From a virus (Duplodnaviria; Caudoviricetes), in the IMG/VR virus record IMGVR_UViG_3300033076_000454, positions 1 through 37,766 of that record: a DNA stretch of 37,766 nucleotides. One strand, written 5' to 3'. Below, piece after piece: positions 8,006 to 17,335 of this stretch. Below the pieces are notes generated by a model. That model was given only the letters and a program-made list of their open reading frames with translations, did no database searches and was not told the origin of the DNA. Positions within the stretch are counted from its first letter, which is position 1. Each line of letters starts with the position of its first letter. A program made the translations under genes and the position numbers.

Positions 8006-10834
8006 ATGCCAGGACCACTAGATCCACCAGAGTTAGAATTAAATGCCAATGGTAGAATAGTTGCAATACCCCCAACTACTTCTCCGTCAAATGCCAACGA
8101 AACTGAAACTACGGATAACGGTGGTGGAGATTTTGGGCTAGATGCTCCAGTGCGTACACAAAGTACAACACAGTCTATTACAAATCCCGGTGGCGATTAT
8201 GACGGTGGATTTGTAGCAGAAGTTCTTGCACCAACTTATGACTATGGCGGCGATTATGGCGGTGGTCTTACGCCACCTAATGTACCATTAACTAATGCAG
8301 GTGCATCGTCTGGCGACGACGCTGCTAATAATTCTAGAGTACAAACAGAAAAAGATCTAAATCAGAATTTTAATGCAAGCGAAGTTATCAAACCACAACC
8401 TAATATTTTAGATAGATTTGCTAGCTACACATACACAGCTTCTGTGTATCTAATGACACCGCAACAATACCAGCGAATGTTAGCTACTAAAAAGAAAACA
8501 GTTAATGGTTATAATTTGTTATTTCAATCAGGCGGTGCACCAAATAACACAGGGGGTGCTCGCGGACCATCAGCTACTGCTCAAACAAGTCAGTTGTTTG
8601 ATACTGAGGCACAGGCTACGGCAGCAGCAGTTAACACTCCAGATGCTGGTAGAAATCCTGCGTTCGACAACGATTTCTACATTGACTCTATAAGCATTGA
8701 CAACGCATTGCCTGGAAAAAACACAGGCGCCGCACACATGGTCACAGGAATTAAATTTACTGTAGTTGAGCCAAATGGCATTACATTGTTAGATCGATTA
8801 TATCAGGCTGTGCAAGATCATGTGCCCAAGGATGGTGCAGGAAAAATTAATTACACCGCAGTCACATATCTAATGGTAATACGTTGGTATGGCTATGACG
8901 AAAATGGTGTTCTACAAAAAGTGGGTGCTGTTGGCCCAGATGGGTTAAGTGACCCTAATGCTATTACAGAAAAGTTTATTCCTTTCTTGATTAAGAAAAT
9001 TAACTGGAGCGTAGGCAGCAAACTAGTTAGCTACGAATTTGATTGTGCCGCAGTTGGACAACAAATTGCAGGAACAACACGCCGTGGCACAGTACCATAT
9101 GACGTTGAGCTAAGTGCAACTACTGTTGGAAAATTACTAGGCGGTGATGTTATATTCTCTGCTAACACTCCAGCGTCGTCTACCCCAGGAGCGTCAACGA
9201 CAGCAGCATCTACACAAGCATCAGTTCGTGCAGTTGATAATGCTATTAATGCAAACACCACACAAGCGCCGCCGACTGCAAATTCAGCGTTAACACCAAA
9301 GAAAACAATAACTCAAGGTCTGATGGGAGCCATGAATGAATTCCAACAAGATCTAGTGACCCGCAACATCTATCAGCGAGCAGACACTTATAAAATAGTC
9401 TGGGCCAATGGTGCTGAAGATATTAGAGATGCAACCGTGGTTTTACCTGGTGCAAAAGTAAATCATAAATCAACGCCACAAGCAAAGCCTGCAACTGAAG
9501 ATCCAAATGCGTTGCTGTCAGAGAAAAGTAAAATGGATGTTAGTGTTCGTAATTTTACAATTACTGCTGGACAACAAATTTTACAGGCAATCGACTTAGC
9601 AATTCGCAACAGCAGTTATATTAGCAAGCAAGCATTGGTAGTAGAAAACGAAGATGGTACTACTCAGGTAAAGGATTCTGCAAGAAACAATCCAGTTAAG
9701 TGGTATCAAATTAGTATGAGTGCAGTTCCAACAAAGTATGACACGTTGCGCAACGATTACGCATACGAAATAACATTTACAATCAGTCCTTATCTGTTGC
9801 AAAATTTTGATAGCAAGTATTTCCCTACCAGCAAGTTTAAAGGAATTCACAAAAGCTATCCATACTGGTTTACTGGCATGAACACAGCCGTGATAGATTT
9901 CCAGCAGACATTTAACAGTTTGTACAATATTACAGTCACCGGTGACTCTCCAGAAAATAGTGCCGCGGCTCAATTGCGTAAAAAATATACAAGTAGTATG
10001 AGAGAAATTCCATTCTACACGTATCAACCACGTAGCAACGAAAGCTCAATTGGTGCCGAACTCAAAGGCAACGAAGTTGCTGCTAACGCAGCAGAATATT
10101 TGTACAGCCCGAGTGATTTAGCTCGAGCAAAGATACGTATTGTTGGTGACCCGGCTTGGATACAACAAGGTAGTGTCTTTGCAGGAGTAAGCCCTACCGC
10201 ATTTAACTACAGTGCATTTAATCCTGACGGTACTATTAATTTTGATAGTCAACAAGTGATGTTTGAAATAGCTTGGCAGCGACCGGAAGATTATGACCTT
10301 GGATCAGGATTAGCTGACCCGTATGCAAGATCAGGTGGTGTACGACAGCCAATACAAAGCAATGTGTACCAAGCTACCAAAGTCACTAGCGAATTCCGAC
10401 AAGGAAGATTCGAGCAGACCATCGAAGGTAGTATATACATGTTCCCAATTCCTGATGGCACGAACAAAGCACCCGGAGCGCCAACTACAAATAGTACAGA
10501 CGAAAATAATGCAGAAACACAAAGACTTGCAGCGAGAGCGCAACAAACTAGAGGATCTGCAACACAAGGGGTGACTGCCAAAGTTGCAGCTACACAAAAT
10601 GTGAATACCACTCGCGTTGCACCGACTGCAACTGTAGAAGTTCCGTTAACTGATGCGCTTGGCAACCCCACAGGATTAACAGATAATGTTGCTGTCGCAC
10701 CACCTGCTAAGCCAGTATCTAGCAACGGTGTACTTGTTGGTTTTGCAAACTTTTTTGCTCCTAAAAAAATAGGAGAAGCAGACGCCCCAGTGCCAGCAAC
10801 AGATCCATTAGGAAACTTTACAGGCGGAGATTAA
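8006..10834 (+). CDS. Probable baseplate hub protein (gp27 / late control D-like)
   Basis: Lies between gp53-like and gp5-like genes. C-terminal AKIRIVGDP and YQATKVTSEFRQGRFEQTI fit hub-family endings. Disordered termini. Confidence 0.6.
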   Translation: MPGPLDPPELELNANGRIVAIPPTTSPSNANETETTDNGGGDFGLDAPVRTQSTTQSITNPGGDYDGGFVAEVLAPTYDYGGDYGGGLTPPNVPLTNAGASSGDDAANNSRVQTEKDLNQNFNASEVIKPQPNILDRFASYTYTASVYLMTPQQYQRMLATKKKTVNGYNLLFQSGGAPNNTGGARGPSATAQTSQLFDTEAQATAAAVNTPDAGRNPAFDNDFYIDSISIDNALPGKNTGAAHMVTGIKFTVVEPNGITLLDRLYQAVQDHVPKDGAGKINYTAVTYLMVIRWYGYDENGVLQKVGAVGPDGLSDPNAITEKFIPFLIKKINWSVGSKLVSYEFDCAAVGQQIAGTTRRGTVPYDVELSATTVGKLLGGDVIFSANTPASSTPGASTTAASTQASVRAVDNAINANTTQAPPTANSALTPKKTITQGLMGAMNEFQQDLVTRNIYQRADTYKIVWANGAEDIRDATVVLPGAKVNHKSTPQAKPATEDPNALLSEKSKMDVSVRNFTITAGQQILQAIDLAIRNSSYISKQALVVENEDGTTQVKDSARNNPVKWYQISMSAVPTKYDTLRNDYAYEITFTISPYLLQNFDSKYFPTSKFKGIHKSYPYWFTGMNTAVIDFQQTFNSLYNITVTGDSPENSAAAQLRKKYTSSMREIPFYTYQPRSNESSIGAELKGNEVAANAAEYLYSPSDLARAKIRIVGDPAWIQQGSVFAGVSPTAFNYSAFNPDGTINFDSQQVMFEIAWQRPEDYDLGSGLADPYARSGGVRQPIQSNVYQATKVTSEFRQGRFEQTIEGSIYMFPIPDGTNKAPGAPTTNSTDENNAETQRLAARAQQTRGSATQGVTAKVAATQNVNTTRVAPTATVEVPLTDALGNPTGLTDNVAVAPPAKPVSSNGVLVGFANFFAPKKIGEADAPVPATDPLGNFTGGD

Positions 10835-10843
10835 GGAAAGTAA

Positions 10844-12361
10844 ATGGCAGAAAATATACAAAGAAGTAGAGGTCGTCCACAAGGGTATAAACTCGATCGC
10901 GGTGGCGTACCTGCTGAAGGCGGCCCGTTCCTTGGCGTAGTAAAGAGCAACGTTGACCCAACTCGCAGCGGCCGCTTGCAAGTTTACATTGAAGCGTTTG
11001 CTGACGGTGGCGAAGCTAATGCTGACGATGAAACAAAGTGGACTACAGTAAGTTATATGCCTTCGTTCTTTGGACAAACACCGTTGCCTACATCGACAGG
11101 CGGAAACAAAGAAGTTGGGTATTATCCTGGAAATCAAACTAGCTACGGGATGTGGTTTACTCCCCCAGACCTCGGCGTCACTGTAATGTGTGTTTTTGTA
11201 AACGGCGATCGCTCACAAGGTTATTACATTGGCGTAGTTCCAGACCAAGGCATTGGACACATGGTACCTGCGGTTGGTGCAGAAAGTAATTATAAAACAA
11301 CAAATAAAAGCCAAGCGGCGTATTTTAACGGGGCTACACAATTACCAGTCACAGAAGTTAATACACTCAACGACTCTATTATTAACAATCCTCAGTTTTA
11401 CAATGCAGAAAAACCAGTTCAAAGCTATGTAGCTAGTGCAATGTTCCAACAAGGATTGATTAAAGATCCCGAGCGTGGTCCAATTAAATCTAGTAGTCAA
11501 CGAGAAACACCAAGTGCAGTTTTTGGCGTTAGTACTCCGGGTACAGCAATATACCAAGGCGGTATGTCACCAAACGACATACGGAAGAAAATCAATGCCG
11601 GCGAAGTAAAGCCAAATCAAGCCAAAGTGATTGGTCGAGTAGGCGGACACAGTCTTGTAATGGACGACGGCGACCTTGACGGCAATAATGCCATGCTGCG
11701 ATTACGCACATCAAAAGGTCATCAGATTACCATGAGTGATACTGATAACTTTTTCTATTTTATTCATGCTAATGGACAAACATGGTTAGAGTTCGGAGTT
11801 GAAGGAACAGTTGACATTTATTCAACAAACTCTGTAAACGTTCGCACCAAAGGCGATATTAACTTGCATGCTGATCGAGATATTAATATGTTTGCTGGAC
11901 GCAATGTTAACATCAAAAGCAACGAAACTATGCAATTAGAATCTGCAACAGATTTAATAATATCAGCACAAGCAGATATTACAATCTATAGCAAGGCAGC
12001 AGTTGGCGTTAAAGCCGATGGCACGTTAACATTAGACAGTGCTAGCGGGGGATGGAGCGGCGGCGATTCAATTGCATTAAAAGCTGGGGCTATTGATCTT
12101 AATGGTCCTGCTGCTGGAAAAGTTAAAACTCCTAACCCAATTACAAAAACAATTCTTGATGACACTGAATTTAATACCAGCACTGGCTGGGAAGTTAGTG
12201 AGGGCGCACTAGAAAGTATCGTAAGTCGCGCCCCAACACACGAGCCATATCCTTATCATAACAAAGGTGTGGACGTCAAAGTACAATTCGAAGAAGGCGA
12301 GCCAACACCACCGCCTGGTGCAGAGCCTGTTCCTCCTGGCGTAGAAATAACGGCGGTGTAA
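10844..12361 (+). CDS. gp5: Baseplate central spike, gp5/VgrG-like (OB fold plus beta-helix)
   Basis: GVVKSNVDPTRSGRLQVYI...W...GMWFTPPDLG..V.CVFVNGD OB-fold, GHSLVMDD and GHQITMSD motifs, and ~8-aa beta-helix repeats. AAGGA Shine-Dalgarno. Confidence 0.85.
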   Translation: MAENIQRSRGRPQGYKLDRGGVPAEGGPFLGVVKSNVDPTRSGRLQVYIEAFADGGEANADDETKWTTVSYMPSFFGQTPLPTSTGGNKEVGYYPGNQTSYGMWFTPPDLGVTVMCVFVNGDRSQGYYIGVVPDQGIGHMVPAVGAESNYKTTNKSQAAYFNGATQLPVTEVNTLNDSIINNPQFYNAEKPVQSYVASAMFQQGLIKDPERGPIKSSSQRETPSAVFGVSTPGTAIYQGGMSPNDIRKKINAGEVKPNQAKVIGRVGGHSLVMDDGDLDGNNAMLRLRTSKGHQITMSDTDNFFYFIHANGQTWLEFGVEGTVDIYSTNSVNVRTKGDINLHADRDINMFAGRNVNIKSNETMQLESATDLIISAQADITIYSKAAVGVKADGTLTLDSASGGWSGGDSIALKAGAIDLNGPAAGKVKTPNPITKTILDDTEFNTSTGWEVSEGALESIVSRAPTHEPYPYHNKGVDVKVQFEEGEPTPPPGAEPVPPGVEITAV

Positions 12362-12362
12362 T

Positions 12363-13436
12363 ATGGCATCATACAAATTTAATTCAGATGACGGTAAAAC
12401 TTTTGAAATCAAAGGACCCGAAGGCCTGACGTTTGAACAAGCAAAGGCTATATTTGATACTCAATATAACACAGGGTCATTAGTCGGGCTAAAGCCTGGC
12501 GACATCCTCAATGCCGCTAGTCAAGCTGCAAAAGGATTAACAGCAGCGCAAGCTCAGGTAGGACAAGCATTGTCCGGAATAACTGGCGCTTTAGGCGGCG
12601 GCATTTCTTCGTCAACTGGCGCTATTGGCAAAGCAGCCAGCGGTGCGTTAGCTTCGGTAAGTTCTGTTGCCGACACTGCAATTTCCACTGTTAAAAAAGC
12701 AATATCTAATCCAGCAACTGATGGTATAAATCTTGCTGATTATGCTAAACAAGACACTGCACTAGCACCACTAGGAAATATAAGCCTTCCGTCAATGACA
12801 GCGGTACTTGCGCAAGGTAAAAAAATAGTAGGACAGGCTGCTGATAAGTTAACCAACACCAAAGGAGTTGGATCTTTTGGGTTTGATATTAAACAATTAG
12901 AAACTGCTGGATACGTAAAACCAGGAACAAGCGCCCTTGTACAATCGGGGTCAAATTTAGTATCGTCAGTGTTAAAGAGTACCAGTGTGTTTACTGGCAA
13001 AGACGGAGTTAAAGGAGTTGATGGAATACTGTCAAATCCAGGACTACAGAGCAACATACAACAAGATTTAATGACCAAAGGTGTTGCTGGCCTAAAAGCT
13101 GTAGGGATTCCTACTGACGCTCTGGGCGCAAGCGGTCTCGCTGGTATGGCACTAAACGCATCCAAGAGTTTGCAAAACACAGAGTTATATGCCAAGGGCG
13201 CTGCTATTGCTTCTGACGTTAAGGCAGCATTTGATAAAAACATGAGCAACGGTGCTTTTGCAGTTAACTTATCAGAAACTAAAATCCCCGAGCCATTTAA
13301 GGAAACTGAAGTACCTCCAGTTGCTACAGATACAACAAATCGAGCAACACTAAACGCAGCGTCACAGCGTGTTCTTGGCAATCCTAAGATTCCAGTGCCC
13401 AATTACGGTCCGCCAGACGTGAATGGTTTTGTGTAA
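12363..13436 (+). CDS. Virion-associated protein, possibly with a degenerate lysozyme-like domain
   Basis: Ala/Gly-rich N-terminal half. GVGSFGF...QLETAGYVKPG...FTGKDGV...LSNPGLQ resembles phage lysozyme-like modules. Located between gp5 and gp25. Confidence 0.45.
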   Translation: MASYKFNSDDGKTFEIKGPEGLTFEQAKAIFDTQYNTGSLVGLKPGDILNAASQAAKGLTAAQAQVGQALSGITGALGGGISSSTGAIGKAASGALASVSSVADTAISTVKKAISNPATDGINLADYAKQDTALAPLGNISLPSMTAVLAQGKKIVGQAADKLTNTKGVGSFGFDIKQLETAGYVKPGTSALVQSGSNLVSSVLKSTSVFTGKDGVKGVDGILSNPGLQSNIQQDLMTKGVAGLKAVGIPTDALGASGLAGMALNASKSLQNTELYAKGAAIASDVKAAFDKNMSNGAFAVNLSETKIPEPFKETEVPPVATDTTNRATLNAASQRVLGNPKIPVPNYGPPDVNGFV

Positions 13437-13446
13437 TTTTAAGCAA

Positions 13447-13452
13447 TAAATA
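13447..13452 (+). promoter_or_regulatory. Putative late promoter TAAATA
   Basis: aaTAAATAagaatATG; 5 nt from the gp25 start. Confidence 0.55.
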
Positions 13453-13457
13453 AGAAT

Positions 13458-13835
13458 ATGGCACAAACATTTATCGGGTTTAATACACAAAATCAGCCAA
13501 AGAAGTTTACTTTGACCGGCTTCCCTCTGATCAAAAGAGACTTACTTAACGCTTTTAATATACGCCAAGGACAGTTGCCCGGCCGCCCAGGATACGGTAC
13601 TGTAATCTGGGATTACTTGTTTGAAAACCAATTAGAAGAATTACAAGCTAGCATACAGCAAGAAGTACAAAGAGTTGCCGGCGGCGACCCGCGAATCTTT
13701 ATCACTGACGTGCAATCGTATCCTCAAGAAAATGGTATTCTGATAGAGATCCAATTGCAAATTGTAGCCACTACAGACGCCGAGCGGCTAAGTTTATTCT
13801 TTGACCTCCAACAACGAAACGCAACATACGTTTAA
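13458..13835 (+). CDS. gp25: Baseplate wedge subunit gp25-like
   Basis: LIKRDLLN.FNIRQG..PGRPGYGT.IWDYLFE...DPRI pattern, 125 aa, directly before gp6. Confidence 0.9.
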   Translation: MAQTFIGFNTQNQPKKFTLTGFPLIKRDLLNAFNIRQGQLPGRPGYGTVIWDYLFENQLEELQASIQQEVQRVAGGDPRIFITDVQSYPQENGILIEIQLQIVATTDAERLSLFFDLQQRNATYV

Positions 13836-13839
13836 GTTA

Positions 13840-13862
13840 GCCGTTTTTGATCTCGATAAATA
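13840..13862 (+). promoter_or_regulatory. Putative late promoter GCCGTT-N11-TAAATA
   Basis: Intergenic. GCCGTT at 13840-13845 and TAAATA at 13857-13862, the same arrangement as 6489-6511. Confidence 0.6.
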
Positions 13863-13882
13863 AAATATCAAGGTAAAAACAA

Positions 13883-16800
13883 ATGGCAAAGACAACAAGA
13901 CAAACCGCAATTTTTGGCGTAGAAGACTGGAAACAGATCTATCAAACCTATCGCGAAGCTGACTTCCAAAGCTACGACTTTGAAACTCTGCGCAAAAGTT
14001 TTGTAGATTACTTGCGTTTGTATTACCCTGAAACATTCAATGATTACATTGAATCGTCTGAATTCATTGCCTTGCTTGACATCATTGCATTTATGGGCCA
14101 AGCACTTGCATTCCGCACTGACTTAAACACCCGCGAAAACTACCTTGATACAGCAGAACGTCGCGATTCAGTCACTCAACTTGCAAACTTAGTCAGCTAT
14201 ACTGCTAAACGCAACACAGCAGCCAGCGGATATTTAAAAGTATTTTCAGTAAGTACCACAGAGAACGTAGTTGACTACAATGGTGTTAACTTGAGCAATG
14301 TCACTGTTGATTGGGCTGATCCAACAAACCCCGATTGGCAAGAACAATTTACAGCTATCATTAACGCTAGTTTAGTTGACAGCCAACGTGTTGGCCGCCC
14401 AGGCGCACGCCAAACTATTCTTGGTGTTAGAACTGAAGAATACGGTATTAACTTAGTTGCAGGATTCTTGCCAGTTATTCCTTATACTGCCACAGTTGAC
14501 GGTATTAACATGCCTTTTGAAGCAGTGACTTCAACAATGGCAGGCAAGGACTATGTTTACGAGCCAAGTCCAGTACCTAACACAACGTTTAACATCTTGT
14601 ATCGCAATGACCAACTGGGATATAACTCTGCTAACACAGGATACTTCTTCTCATTTAAACAAGGTGTCTTGCAAAATCAAGACTTCAACTTAGCGGAACG
14701 TATTGCTAACCGTACAGTTAATATTAATATTGAAGGTATTAACAACGAAGACCGCTGGTTGTTTCAACTAGACAACGTTGGTAATATTAGCCGCGAATGG
14801 GCATATACTGAAAACATTTATGCTGCTGGCGCAGAGCAAGTTGGTACTCAACTACGCCCAATTTTTACTACCACTAGCCGCACAAACGATCAAATTACAA
14901 TGGTGTTCGGTGATGGTGTATTCTCTGAAATCCCAGTAGGTACATTCCGCGCTTATGTCCGTAGCTCCAACGGTTTACAATATATTATTAACCCTGAAGA
15001 AATGCAAGCGGTTGTGTTGCCAATTAGCTATATCGATCGCAATGGCAATCTACAAACAATTACATTCACTTGTGGCATTACACAACCTGTAAGCAATTCA
15101 CAGGCACGCGAACCTATTGCTGAAATCAAACAACGTGCGCCTGCTCGATACTATACACAGAATCGCATGGTCAACGGTGAGGATTATAACCTCTTCCCGT
15201 ATACTCAATATAATTCTATTATTAAATCTAAAGCGTTAAATCGCGCAAGTATCGGCACAAGTCGATATCTTGACTTAGTCGACAACACTGGAAAATATTC
15301 ATCAACAAATAGTTTTGGTAGCGATGGTGGATTATGGCAACAAAATATTCTTCCTACAATTTTATTCTCATGGGTTAACCGCAACGAGATTGCTGACGTT
15401 ATTACAAATCAAGTTCAACCTCAACTAGGTTATAACACTATGCGTCAGTTTTATTATGCTAACTTTCCAAGACAAACAGTAAATGCTGGCGCTACCGCTG
15501 GGTATTCTTGGAATCAAAGTACAACATTAGCAAACGAGACCACAGGATATTTTAGAAATGCTACGTATTCAACACAATGGCCAAATGGCTCTCCAATTGC
15601 AGTAGGAACTACAACTAGCACAGTATTTCAATATGTTGTAGTTGGTTCATTGATTAAATTTGTTCCACCAGCAGGATACTACTTTGACAAGAATAATAAA
15701 CTACAGCAAGGCACACCAACCCGTGCTGAAGAACGTCTAGAGATTTGGGCGAGCCCGCTTGAAGTAGTAGGCGATGGCAGTAATAACGGCCTTGGTAATT
15801 TGAGCTCAGGCGCCGGGCCTGTGACACTTAACAACTTTGTTCCAACTGGTGCTATTGTTGATACAATTATTCCATTATTTGTCACCGACTTGCCTCTCAG
15901 CATCGAAACCGCAATGGCTGAACAGATTGTTTTATACCGCAATTTTGGCCTCGGATACGATAACGACGGAACTATAACTGGAACTCCAGCCACTTGGTAT
16001 TTGATTACATCAACTAACCTTGATCAAGATGCTCCATTTAGTTTAGCTAATGCTGGTAGCACAGCAGGAACCAATAGTGATGCTTCTTGGTTAATTCAGT
16101 TCGTCACTGAAAATCAAAACTACACAATTACATTCCGCGGCCTAGCATATTCGTTTGGATCAGTGTTGCAAACACGATTCTTCTTTTACGACGGTCAACA
16201 AGTATACGACAGCCGAACTGGTACAGTTATTAAAGACTTTATTAATATTCTTGCAGTTAACACCAAGCCAGACTCAACAGATCACTTACCCGGTGACGTT
16301 TATACAACTATCACTGGACAACCAGTTGAAAGCGACGGATATGTCGACGACTTCCAAGTGTTAGTTGGATTCCGGGACAGTGATAACGATGGCGTTCCTG
16401 ATAACCCAGATTTCTTTAACGAAATTGTTGCACCAGCAGTGAATCCAAATCAGAAACTAGTATTCTTGCAACAAACTGTAGACTTTGACAACTTGCAACG
16501 CTATCTACTGGTTGAATCAGGAGTTGTTAATAGCGATTATGCTACCCTTGAAGACATTGAATTAGTATTAACTGAATGGAGCCCAGGGCAAGTATTCTAT
16601 GCCTACGATGATGAAGTATTCTACGAATTAACCATTAGCACAACCGGTGTTCGTAGTGTGGTTGAGGCTAGTGGCTGGCTTGCACGCACAGGCCGCCAGG
16701 ATTTGTACTATCAATATCGTCACAACTCACCGCTAACTAATCGTATTGACCCAGGCACTACAAACATTATTGACTTGTACGTGGTGACACAGTCGTATTA

Positions 16801-17335
16801 TACTGCCTATCAAAATTGGATCAAAGACACAACTAATACTGTGGTCGAACCAGATATGCCGTCAATTGACGAGTTAGGCACAGCATACCAAGGTCTCGAC
16901 GATTATAAAATGTTAAGCGATAACATTGTTTTAAACTCAGTGACCTTTAAACCATTGTTTGGGGAAAAGGCAGCACCTGAATTGCGAGCAACAATTAAAG
17001 TAATCCGTGCGCAAGGATCTACTGCCAGCACCAGCGAAATTAAGAACGCCGTGATAACAGAAATGAATAACTATTTTAGTATTGACAAATGGAATTTTGG
17101 TGATACCTTCTACTTCTCAGAACTAGCAGGTTATCTACACAAACAACTAGGAACTATTATTAGTTCTGTAGTTCTTGTCCCATTGAATACACAAAAGTAC
17201 TTTGGTGACTTATATGAAATTCGTAGTCAACCAAATGAAATTTTTGTTAATGGCGCAACTATTAACAATATTGACGTGATTGAAGCATTAACCAGTACCA
17301 ACTTGCGTACTGCACCAGGAAGTGGAGTTATCTAA
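13883..17335 (+). CDS. gp6: Baseplate wedge subunit gp6-like (baseplate J family), enlarged
   Basis: DFETLRKSFVDYL...FNDY.ESS...LLD..A...ENYLDTA.RRDSV..LA, FGDGVFSEIP, E.IAEIKQRAP..Y.TQNRMV..EDY, and C-terminal FG..FYFSEL. Confidence 0.9.
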   Translation: MAKTTRQTAIFGVEDWKQIYQTYREADFQSYDFETLRKSFVDYLRLYYPETFNDYIESSEFIALLDIIAFMGQALAFRTDLNTRENYLDTAERRDSVTQLANLVSYTAKRNTAASGYLKVFSVSTTENVVDYNGVNLSNVTVDWADPTNPDWQEQFTAIINASLVDSQRVGRPGARQTILGVRTEEYGINLVAGFLPVIPYTATVDGINMPFEAVTSTMAGKDYVYEPSPVPNTTFNILYRNDQLGYNSANTGYFFSFKQGVLQNQDFNLAERIANRTVNINIEGINNEDRWLFQLDNVGNISREWAYTENIYAAGAEQVGTQLRPIFTTTSRTNDQITMVFGDGVFSEIPVGTFRAYVRSSNGLQYIINPEEMQAVVLPISYIDRNGNLQTITFTCGITQPVSNSQAREPIAEIKQRAPARYYTQNRMVNGEDYNLFPYTQYNSIIKSKALNRASIGTSRYLDLVDNTGKYSSTNSFGSDGGLWQQNILPTILFSWVNRNEIADVITNQVQPQLGYNTMRQFYYANFPRQTVNAGATAGYSWNQSTTLANETTGYFRNATYSTQWPNGSPIAVGTTTSTVFQYVVVGSLIKFVPPAGYYFDKNNKLQQGTPTRAEERLEIWASPLEVVGDGSNNGLGNLSSGAGPVTLNNFVPTGAIVDTIIPLFVTDLPLSIETAMAEQIVLYRNFGLGYDNDGTITGTPATWYLITSTNLDQDAPFSLANAGSTAGTNSDASWLIQFVTENQNYTITFRGLAYSFGSVLQTRFFFYDGQQVYDSRTGTVIKDFINILAVNTKPDSTDHLPGDVYTTITGQPVESDGYVDDFQVLVGFRDSDNDGVPDNPDFFNEIVAPAVNPNQKLVFLQQTVDFDNLQRYLLVESGVVNSDYATLEDIELVLTEWSPGQVFYAYDDEVFYELTISTTGVRSVVEASGWLARTGRQDLYYQYRHNSPLTNRIDPGTTNIIDLYVVTQSYYTAYQNWIKDTTNTVVEPDMPSIDELGTAYQGLDDYKMLSDNIVLNSVTFKPLFGEKAAPELRATIKVIRAQGSTASTSEIKNAVITEMNNYFSIDKWNFGDTFYFSELAGYLHKQLGTIISSVVLVPLNTQKYFGDLYEIRSQPNEIFVNGATINNIDVIEALTSTNLRTAPGSGVI

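Noticed and set aside
12740-13402. 220-aa antisense ORF
   Set aside because: Shadow of the Ala/Gly-rich + strand gene; no motifs or translation signals.
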